A DNA stretch of 64,000 bases from a candidate division TM6 bacterium GW2011_GWF2_32_72 (GTDB lineage Bacteria > Babelota > Babeliae > Babelales > GWF2-32-72): contig LBON01000006.1 of NCBI GenBank assembly GCA_000989525.1, forward strand, positions 7,914-71,913, read 5' to 3'. The translations under genes and the position numbers were made by a program. Every line of letters starts with the position of its first letter. Within the stretch, counting starts at the first letter, position 1. The notes under the pieces are model-generated. The model did no database searches. It was not told the origin of the DNA and worked only from the letters and a program-made list of their open reading frames with translations. This document shows positions 43,942-51,468 of this stretch, in pieces.

Positions 43942-46698
43942 TTACTTACTAATATCCTTCCATGTTTTTCCTGATCGCAAACAAACTTCTAATGGCACAT
44001 TCCAATCGGTTACATTTTGTAAAATATCTTGTGTAATTTTTTGAACATCTTCTACATATTTTTTTGGCACAGAAATTACAAGTTCATCATGAATTTGCAA
44101 AATAATTTTTGCACCTAAATTTATTTCTGCAAACTTTTTTTCCAAATTTATCATACCAATCTTCATAACTTCTGCAGCAGAGCCTTGTGCGCGAGTATTG
44201 ATTGCTATTCGTTTTGCAAGCTCATATAAATTTTTATTATTTTCATAAATTCCAGGAATATCTCTTTTTCGGCCAAGCCATGTCTTTACATAACCATGTT
44301 TTTTTGTTTCTTCAATTGTTTTTTCCATCCATTCAGAAACACCTGGATATTGTGCAAAATATTTTTCTATAAATTCTTTTGCATCACTCAAAGAAATTTT
44401 TAAATCTTTTGAAAGACCGTATGGAGTCAATCCATACAAAATACTAAAATTAATTCTTTTACCAACCTGTCGCTGAGCATGTGTAACATCTTCAAATTTT
44501 TCATCAAACAAACCGGCTGCTGTCATTGCATGAATATCTAAGCCTTTTTCAAATGCAGAAAGAAGACGTTTATCCTGAGAAAGGTAAGCAAGAACACGCA
44601 ATTCAATCTGTGAGTAGTCTGCAGAAATAAAAACGTCACCAACACCAGCTTTAAAAGCTTCTCGTATTTCTGAACCGTAACCACCATCCGCTGGAACATT
44701 TTGTAAATTTGGACTTGTACTAGAAAGCCTACCTGTTGCAACGGCAACTTGATTATAATTTGTATGAATTTTTTTTGTAAATGGATTTATAAATTCTGGC
44801 AAAGCCTCAATGTATGTACTTTTTAATTTATAAAGTTCACGATAACTTAAAATCAAACCTGGCACAGGATGAAGTTTTGCAAGAACTTCCAAAACTTCTT
44901 GATCCGTTGAATATCCTGTTTTTTTTCCGCTCTTTTTTTGAACAGGCAAACCAAGCTGATTAAATAATAGATCTTCAATTTGTTTTGGAGAATTTAAATT
45001 AATATCTTGATTTGAACTTCCAATTAAACCTAAAATTTCTTTTTTTAATTTTGATAAATCGTGATCAACTTTTTTTCCAAGATTTTCTAATTCATCTTTT
45101 GCAACAAAAATTCCAGCCATTTCCATGTTACATAAAACATCAACAATTGGATGTTCACACTCATAATACAGCTTTTCAACACCCTCTTCTTTAAGTTTTT
45201 TTTCTAATATTTTTTTTAATCTAAATGTTTGATGTGCATCTGCGGCCGCATATTGCGTAGCAAGATCTAAAGGCACGTAAGAAAAATCTTTATATTTATT
45301 ATCTTTAACAACATCTTCAAAATTTAACATCGGTTCATTGAAATAAAATTCAGATAAATATTTAAGTCCAACTCGCTGCCAATCTTTTACAATTAATTTT
45401 GCTGCAATCAAAGTATCAAAATGAAATTCACCAATATCCCAACCTGCATTTTTTAAAACTTCTTTATCAAACTTGGCATGATGAAATATTTTTTTTATTG
45501 AATATTTTTCAAAAACTTTTTTTAATTCCGCAAATACAACATCTTTAGAAAGTTGAAAGTCAGCGGTTTCATGACCTACTGGAATATAGTATGAACAGCC
45601 TTCTTCCATGCATAAAGAAATTCCAACAAATTTATCTTGCAAAGGCATAACACCTGTTGTTTCTGTATCAATAGCAACTTCTTTTGCTTGAGAAATTTTA
45701 TTACACAAATCATCTAAACCAATTTTGGTGGTTACACAAATAAAATTATATTTGCTTGCCATCGCCTCTGTTTTTTTTTCTGCCGCAAAAATTGAAGCTT
45801 GACCAAAATCTTGCAATTCTTGATCCGAAACTTCAGGTTTCATGTCCGCCAAAAGTGATTTAAATTCCAATTCTTCAAAAAGCGGTCTGGCAGAGCTCCA
45901 TGAGCCGAAATCAAATTTAAGCAACGTTTTTGAAATTTCCAGGTTCAAATATTGCAACAAAAATAAATCGCGGCTTAAAAAGGCATTTTTTTCGTTATCT
46001 TCTAAAGCCTTTCTGGTTCGTGGTTTTGAAACTTCATCCAGGTTTTCGTATAAATCTTCAAGAGAATCAAACTGAGTCACGAGCTCAAGAGCACCCTTTT
46101 GCCCAATTCCATGAACTCCCGGAATATTATCCGAAGTATCGCCTAAAAGTGCAAAATAAAATGGAAGTTTTGTAACATCAAAACCTATTTTTTCTGTAAA
46201 TGATTTTTTGTCCAAAATCAAATCTTTGAATGAATCATAAAGATAAATTTTTTCACTTGTCAGAGCTTGACCCATATCTTTATCTGAAGTTATCAAAACA
46301 ACATTCAAACCTTCTTTACTCAAATCTTTAGCAATAGAAAACATCAAATCATCGGCTTCTATACCTTGCTTTGCTACTTGTTTTAAACCAATTAAATTTG
46401 CAAATTCAACTATTTTTTCTTTTTGCTCAAATAAATCACTTGGTGGAGCCTGGCGTGTAGCCTTGTACTCAGGAAAAACCTCATGCCGAGTTGTTTTCCC
46501 CTTACTATCCCAAACCAAAGCCATATACATTGGATCAAATTTTTGTGCCAACTTTTTGATCATTCTACAAAAACTATAAACAGCCTGAACAGGCTTTCCA
46601 GATGTTGTATGAATTGGTCTCATACCATAATATGCACGATATAAAAAGGACGAACCATCAATTAAAAAAACTGTTTTCTTAGAGTCAAAATTCATCAA
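43942..46698 (-). CDS. polA: DNA polymerase I
   Basis: ORF 918 aa with an N-terminal 5'-3' exonuclease (LIDGSSFLYRAYY, GDTSDNIPGV), a 3'-5' exo region (IDTETTG), and polymerase motifs ADYSQIELRVLA, RQVGKRINFSILYG and QIHDELV. Confidence 0.97.
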   Translation of the reverse strand: MMNFDSKKTVFLIDGSSFLYRAYYGMRPIHTTSGKPVQAVYSFCRMIKKLAQKFDPMYMALVWDSKGKTTRHEVFPEYKATRQAPPSDLFEQKEKIVEFANLIGLKQVAKQGIEADDLMFSIAKDLSKEGLNVVLITSDKDMGQALTSEKIYLYDSFKDLILDKKSFTEKIGFDVTKLPFYFALLGDTSDNIPGVHGIGQKGALELVTQFDSLEDLYENLDEVSKPRTRKALEDNEKNAFLSRDLFLLQYLNLEISKTLLKFDFGSWSSARPLFEELEFKSLLADMKPEVSDQELQDFGQASIFAAEKKTEAMASKYNFICVTTKIGLDDLCNKISQAKEVAIDTETTGVMPLQDKFVGISLCMEEGCSYYIPVGHETADFQLSKDVVFAELKKVFEKYSIKKIFHHAKFDKEVLKNAGWDIGEFHFDTLIAAKLIVKDWQRVGLKYLSEFYFNEPMLNFEDVVKDNKYKDFSYVPLDLATQYAAADAHQTFRLKKILEKKLKEEGVEKLYYECEHPIVDVLCNMEMAGIFVAKDELENLGKKVDHDLSKLKKEILGLIGSSNQDINLNSPKQIEDLLFNQLGLPVQKKSGKKTGYSTDQEVLEVLAKLHPVPGLILSYRELYKLKSTYIEALPEFINPFTKKIHTNYNQVAVATGRLSSTSPNLQNVPADGGYGSEIREAFKAGVGDVFISADYSQIELRVLAYLSQDKRLLSAFEKGLDIHAMTAAGLFDEKFEDVTHAQRQVGKRINFSILYGLTPYGLSKDLKISLSDAKEFIEKYFAQYPGVSEWMEKTIEETKKHGYVKTWLGRKRDIPGIYENNKNLYELAKRIAINTRAQGSAAEVMKIGMINLEKKFAEINLGAKIILQIHDELVISVPKKYVEDVQKITQDILQNVTDWNVPLEVCLRSGKTWKDISK

Positions 46699-47056
46699 AT
46701 TACCTCTGCACTTTAAATTTAGTAAAACTTATAAATAATTAAAAGTTTACCTTAAATTAAAACTAAATTCGAATGCATAAATTTTTTAGAGACCAACCCC
46801 ATTTTTTTGATTCTATTGTTGATTGTTCTTCATAAAAAATTTGTATTACATTTTCGAAATAATTTTCAACATCACTAGTCTCAAAAACTCGAATTGTTCT
46901 TTAAAACAACCATATATAATTTCCACTGACCGCTCAAATGAAATTAAACCATACACACAAACAATGACATCCTTCATAACTTAAATGCCATGAAAGATGT
47001 CATTGTTATATTTACAAAACAAAGTTGTAAATTATATATCAGGCTCAAAAAACCCC

Positions 47057-48232
47057 TTAATTAAAACTGTATCTGACCGTAGCACAACACCAATTTTCAA
47101 AATCGTCAGTCATATTTACAACAACGCATGAATTGGACCTAAATCGACCACTAGATAAAGTAATTGTATTAACCATACCAATGTTATTATTTTGTGTATT
47201 AATTCTATGGGCCCCATATAGCCAAATATCTTTTGCAAACACATTATAATGCTGATGACCTCTAAAAATAGCCTTTAAGGCAAAATTCTTAGATTTAAGA
47301 TTTACAATACTTTTTAATAATACGTCCTTATCCATGACCAAACTATCTTTAATTGGATAAAAACCATCAATATACCCCCAATTAAAATCTGGAACTATAT
47401 TATGTAAATTGATTCCATATCTCACATATTGATATTTTTCAGGTATCCTAAAAAATTTAATCTCATTTTTTTGTTGAACTGATTGCTCTAAAAAATTTTT
47501 AAGTTCAGGCATGTCACAAAAAGCACTATGAGACGCACAAATAAAATTTACAAATCCCTTAGCGTTTTCTACACCAAAAAATACTGCCAGAGGTAAATTA
47601 AAAATAAATTTTCGCAATGCTATCCAAGCATCTGGTATTAACACATTTAAATTTGTATTAACATTCCTAAATATTAAATTGTATTGTTCACAATCATCAG
47701 GACTATTTATAGACCAAGTATCATCATGGTTTCCGCGAGTTAAAAAAACATTGTAAGGATTAGCTATTTTTAATTTTGCAAGTAAATATACAACTGTTTC
47801 TGAATACAAGCCTCTATCACAAAAATCACCCGTAAAAAATAAATTTACACTCATTCCATTGGTAGCAAATATTTCATAGTCATCAGAAATAATAATAAAA
47901 TTCGTAGCAACTAAAGCATCCAAAATATTTATCAAAGAATGAATATCTCCATGAATATCGCCTATAAAAATAGAACACTGCGGTGCTTTTGTAACAATTG
48001 AAGCAACTGTAAACAAACCATTATTAAACAAATTGGAAGCTTTATTCATAACATCCACAAATTCTTGTGCATCCAAAAACGAATAAACTTTTTTATTTTT
48101 ATCACCAACAGATTCAACTGGATCGTATAAATTCAAACAATGATCACAAAACTGCTGATATGTTAACTCCGCTAATAAATTAGCGTAAAAGCTAACAACC
48201 AAAAATAAAAAAAAATATTTGAACAACTTCAT
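47057..48232 (-). CDS. PPP-family metallophosphatase (Ser/Thr phosphatase-like) with signal peptide
   Basis: ORF 391 aa with signal peptide MKLFKYFFLFLVVSFYANLLA. Motifs in order: GDIHGD (GDxHG), GDFCDRG (GDxxDRG), RGNHDD (GNH[DE]), FRGHQH. Confidence 0.85.
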   Translation of the reverse strand: MKLFKYFFLFLVVSFYANLLAELTYQQFCDHCLNLYDPVESVGDKNKKVYSFLDAQEFVDVMNKASNLFNNGLFTVASIVTKAPQCSIFIGDIHGDIHSLINILDALVATNFIIISDDYEIFATNGMSVNLFFTGDFCDRGLYSETVVYLLAKLKIANPYNVFLTRGNHDDTWSINSPDDCEQYNLIFRNVNTNLNVLIPDAWIALRKFIFNLPLAVFFGVENAKGFVNFICASHSAFCDMPELKNFLEQSVQQKNEIKFFRIPEKYQYVRYGINLHNIVPDFNWGYIDGFYPIKDSLVMDKDVLLKSIVNLKSKNFALKAIFRGHQHYNVFAKDIWLYGAHRINTQNNNIGMVNTITLSSGRFRSNSCVVVNMTDDFENWCCATVRYSFN

Positions 48233-48256
48233 TACAAACCCCCATTTATTATTTAA

Positions 48257-48616
48257 TTAAGAAACTAGGCACAATCTCCCGGCTACCGATGTTTTTTCCT
48301 TTTTATCTTTTTTGGGAAAAGACATTAATGCATCTAATCCTTCTCTGAAAAGGCTTATAACGTTTTTGCATAAATTTAAACAAAATTTAAACGCATCAAA
48401 ATTCAAAAAATCTATAAACCCAATATCCCAATAACTAGAACAATTTCGAGTTTCATCGACAGACAAAACTTTACCAACAAACTCAGAAAATCTTAGCCCA
48501 TATGACTCAACTTTATTGAGTTCAAAACAACAAACCACACAAAAAAAAGCTTGTTGTACTAATAAAAAAAGAAATAATATGAATTTAAATTTATCCATCA
48601 TTTTTCCATCAAACAA
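48257..48616 (-). CDS. Small membrane/secreted protein, unknown function
   Basis: ORF 119 aa with hydrophobic FKFILFLFLLVQQAFFCVVCCF near the N-terminus. The start is ambiguous (three Met within the first seven residues). Confidence 0.5.
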   Translation of the reverse strand: MFDGKMMDKFKFILFLFLLVQQAFFCVVCCFELNKVESYGLRFSEFVGKVLSVDETRNCSSYWDIGFIDFLNFDAFKFCLNLCKNVISLFREGLDALMSFPKKDKKEKTSVAGRLCLVS

Positions 48617-48764
48617 AAATATTTTAATAGCCTTATTTTTAGTTTAACTTATTAAAAACAATTGCCACAACAAAAGGATATTTTAGGCATAAAAACACAT
48701 GGATTAAGCAAATACCTGACATTTTAATTTATATACTTAAATGTGATGCTTTATTTATGATTTT

Positions 48765-48927
48765 GTACGAAAATTATTAATTTGACTCAATCCTTCGACA
48801 AACTCAGAATGAAATCCTTTTTTATAATAGTTTTGATGGGTAAAGTCTGCTCTGACCATAAAATTATTTATTAGTAAAAATTTTTAAAAAAGACAGATTT
48901 CATTCTGAGCCTGTCGAAGGATTGAGT
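48765..48927. mobile_element. MITE-like inverted-repeat element, copy 9 (miniature; arms only, unrelated short interior)
   Basis: Left: gtacgaaaattattaatttgactcaatccttcgacaaactcagaatgaaatcc. Right: gacagatttcattctgagcctgtcgaaggattgagt (48892-48927). It ends 2 nt before the stop of the HIT gene. Confidence 0.8.
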
Positions 48928-48929
48928 TA

Positions 48930-49268
48930 TTATTTTTTAGATTTTTTGTTCGAAAGAACATGAAAATGAAGATGAAACACTTCTTGACCGGCATCTTTGC
49001 CACTATTAACCTGCAATCTAAAATCGCCATTGTCTTCTAGATCTTGAGCTAATTCTTTGGCCATTAACACCATTTCAGCCACTAAAGATTTATCCAAAAC
49101 ATCTAATGATTGAATATCTTGAACATGTTTTTTAGGAATAATTAAATAATGAGATAGAGCCTTTGGGTAAAGGTCTTTTAGAACTATCAACTCATCGGTT
49201 TCTTTAACAAACTGTACTGGAATTTCTTTTGAAATTATTTTGCAGAAAATGCAATTTTGTATACTCAT
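48930..49268 (-). CDS. HIT-family (HinT-like) nucleotide hydrolase
   Basis: ORF 112 aa. CIFCKII at the N-terminus and the histidine triad HLHFHVL near the C-terminus. Confidence 0.9.
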   Translation of the reverse strand: MSIQNCIFCKIISKEIPVQFVKETDELIVLKDLYPKALSHYLIIPKKHVQDIQSLDVLDKSLVAEMVLMAKELAQDLEDNGDFRLQVNSGKDAGQEVFHLHFHVLSNKKSKK

Positions 49269-49283
49269 AGGCCCTTTTTAATA

Positions 49284-49370
49284 TGGTACCAGGGGTCGGA
49301 ATCGAACCGACATGATGTCACCACCGCGAGATTTTGAGTCTCGTGCGTCTACCAATTTCGCCACCCTGGC
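49284..49370 (-). tRNA. tRNA-Leu (anticodon CAA)
   Basis: Reverse complement: GCCAGGGTGGCGAAATTGGTAGACGCACGAGACTCAAAATCTCG-(long variable arm)-GTCGGTTCGATTCCGAC-CCCTGGT-ACCA. The anticodon loop is CTCAAAA. Confidence 0.92.
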
Positions 49371-49429
49371 CTAAAAAATCAAAGAACAAAAAAAGTGTAC
49401 ATTAAAAGGGGTTTGCCGTCAAATGAAGT

Positions 49430-49466
49430 CAAAAAAAAGAGGATCTAAAATAAATCCTCTTTTTTA
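49430..49466. terminator. Rho-independent terminator (symmetric) downstream of the proline-rich gene
   Basis: aaaaaaaa-gaggat-ctaaaataa-atcctc-tttttt (stem 49439-49444 / 49454-49459), 18 nt past the stop at 49484 on the minus strand. Confidence 0.7.
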
Positions 49467-49483
49467 CGTAAAGCTTATAAATT

Positions 49484-50542
49484 TTAATTCAAAAATTCTT
49501 TATTTAAGGTTGATACAACTTTAGTCTTATCAGACTCATTTTTGTGCTCATTTATACGCTTAATAATATCACCTTTTAAAAGGCGTTGTCCTTTAAAACG
49601 ATTTGCTAGCTGTCCAGCCTGAATAGGCTTTAAACCTGTATCAACAAGAGCTACTTTAATATCCGCAACATCTTCATCTGTAAGCGGCGCAACTGTTGGC
49701 TGAGTTTGTGATGTTGCCACTGGTTGTTTTACACTTGGCTCAGTTTTCACTTCCGATTTTGGAACTACAACAGCCTTTTGCTCCGGTGCAGTTTCTGTCT
49801 TGGTCCCTGCCGGAGTTTTTCTTAGAGGCCTTTTAAGATCGGCTACAGACACGGTGAAATCTTGTTCTTGAGATTTTTTTGGAACGACTTCAACCTTATT
49901 AGACCCTTGCAAAGCTTTTCTTCGTTCTTGTTTCTCTTGAGCTTCCCTAAGTTCCTTCATCATATCTGACTCTGAACCTGCAGCAGTCGGAGATTTTGGT
50001 GTTACTGCCTTTGAAGGAGTCACATCTGTTTTGGCACCTACAATTGAAGCAGGCAAACCTTTTCCTGGAGGAGGTGGTGGAGGTGGCGGTGTACCAACTT
50101 TTGAACCAGTCGAAGCTTTTCCTGAAGGAGGTGGTGGAGGAGCTTGCGGTACAATACCTGATTTTGGCATCGCTGGTGGTTGTGGAGCAGTGTTTGAAAC
50201 AGTCGAACCTTTTTGAGAACCTGCTCCTGGCGGTGATAGAGGTGGCGGTACAATACCCGTTTTTGGCATCACTGCTGGACTCACTTTTGGAACAACTGAA
50301 CTTGATGTCTCTAGCCGGCAAGATGTACAAGCAGAAGGCTCTTCTCCGTTTGCAATTTTTAAATTATCCGTCAAATAATTTAAATTTGATTTCAAAATAG
50401 ACAATTTAGGTTGGAGTTCAAGATTGGAATTTTGCTTTTTTAAACTATCTTCTATCTTGCTTAATTCAGAATTAATTTGGGCAAAATCGGCATTCAAAAA
50501 TAAAAACCAACTAAATAAACAACTAATTATAATTATTCTCAC
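49484..50542 (-). CDS. Secreted proline-rich protein (three polyproline tracts), paralogous N-terminus to the WH2 protein
   Basis: ORF 352 aa with signal peptide MRIIIISCLFSWFLFLNA. MPKTGIVPPPLSPPGAG, MPKSGIVPQAPPPPPSGK, GTPPPPPPPPGKGLP, then SDMMKELREAQEKQERRKAL. Four overlapping track ORFs (49947-50400, both strands) are artefacts of the GC-rich repeat. Confidence 0.88.
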   Translation of the reverse strand: MRIIIISCLFSWFLFLNADFAQINSELSKIEDSLKKQNSNLELQPKLSILKSNLNYLTDNLKIANGEEPSACTSCRLETSSSVVPKVSPAVMPKTGIVPPPLSPPGAGSQKGSTVSNTAPQPPAMPKSGIVPQAPPPPPSGKASTGSKVGTPPPPPPPPGKGLPASIVGAKTDVTPSKAVTPKSPTAAGSESDMMKELREAQEKQERRKALQGSNKVEVVPKKSQEQDFTVSVADLKRPLRKTPAGTKTETAPEQKAVVVPKSEVKTEPSVKQPVATSQTQPTVAPLTDEDVADIKVALVDTGLKPIQAGQLANRFKGQRLLKGDIIKRINEHKNESDKTKVVSTLNKEFLN

Positions 50543-50562
50543 GGTACTAACTCCTACTCATC

Positions 50563-51138
50563 CTAATCATCATTCCATCCACCTTCATCTTCATCATCTT
50601 CATCCGTAGCAGGAATTAACCACTTACGTCTTTCAGCTAACCTCTTTTCCAAAATTTCCTCTTTTGTTTCTTTTGCTGAAACAACTGGCTTCTCATTGAG
50701 TTTACGATCCTCAACTTTCTTCAAAGTTGTACCCTTTTTAATTTCTTTCATAAGATCTGCTCTTGTTCCAGTTTTTTCTGAAGAAGGCTTCTCATTGAGT
50801 TTACGATCCTCAACTTTCTTCAAAGTTGTACCTTTTTTAATTTCATCCATAAGATCGACGTTATCTGAAGAAATCTTCTCGCTGGCTTTCTGAGCTTCAA
50901 TAGGTTTTAAGTTCCCAACACAACATTTCGGAGTTCCACCCTCTGTTATGCTCACAACATCCGATAAAAAATTTGCACGAACTTCTAATTTTTTTCTCTC
51001 ACTAGATTCAGGAAGTTCTGCAACTTGCAACTTCAATTTGTTTAAAGTTTCTTTAATGTCGCTAGAAACTGCTACGGCCAAACAACTACCGGAAAACAAA
51101 CTCAAACAACATAAAAACAAATATCTCATAAAAAACAA
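50563..51138 (-). CDS. Secreted protein with two tandem WH2 motifs + C-like helix + acidic Trp tail (WCA-like, actin/Arp2/3-targeting candidate)
   Basis: ORF 191 aa with signal peptide MFFMRYLFLCCLSLFSGSCLA. NVDLMDEIKKGTTLKKVEDRKLNEKP (nt 50809-50862) and RADLMKEIKKGTTLKKVEDRKLNEKP (nt 50710-50763) form a 99-nt direct repeat. C-terminus: EEILEKRLAERRKWLIPATDEDDEDEGGWNDD. Confidence 0.88.
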   Translation of the reverse strand: MFFMRYLFLCCLSLFSGSCLAVAVSSDIKETLNKLKLQVAELPESSERKKLEVRANFLSDVVSITEGGTPKCCVGNLKPIEAQKASEKISSDNVDLMDEIKKGTTLKKVEDRKLNEKPSSEKTGTRADLMKEIKKGTTLKKVEDRKLNEKPVVSAKETKEEILEKRLAERRKWLIPATDEDDEDEGGWNDD

Positions 51139-51225
51139 TCTCCTTTAAAAATATTTTTCATACAAAATAAATTTCTAAATCACGTTATTAACTTGTCAAA
51201 AAAAAATCAATTATTTCGCTAAATA

Positions 51226-51362
51226 AGCTTTTAGTAAAACTATTTAAATAACTTGATACTTCGACTATATCAAAATAACACCCACCATTAGTTTTATTTA
51301 TACTTCAAGAATAAGTTGAAAATTTAATTAACTTAGAACTTATACGAAAACTATTTACAAAT
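51226..51362. repeat. Decayed remnants of the MITE-like element
   Basis: agcttttagtaaaactatttaaataacttgatacttcgactatatcaaaataacacccacc aligns by eye with agcttatacgaaaattatttaaaggactcgatccttcgactagctcagaatgacatccgtc. A second isolated outer end, agaacttatacgaaaactattta, is at 51335. Confidence 0.6.
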
Positions 51363-51468
51363 TAATAATCAAACACATATAGTATCCAATAGATCTGTTT
51401 AAAAAAAATACTGTTACAAATTTTAATTTCTTAATGTTTCGCAATCACTCACTAAAAAAGGAGTTTTA

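Noticed and set aside
46960-47007. 18-bp hairpin aacaatgacatccttcat / atgaaagatgtcattgtt downstream of the phosphatase gene, sharing atgacatcc with the MITE inner arm
   Set aside because: The shared string is short and nothing else of the element is present. It is most simply a gene-specific terminator-like hairpin, and there is no T-run, so I did not annotate it.
49947-50400. Four overlapping track ORFs (both strands) inside the proline-rich gene, plus 40456-40761 inside the KPxEPx repeat
   Set aside because: These are open frames created by the locally GC-rich, stop-poor proline-codon repeats. They give translations such as GGGGGGGVP and GLVGSVG. The long frames with signal peptides explain the region.
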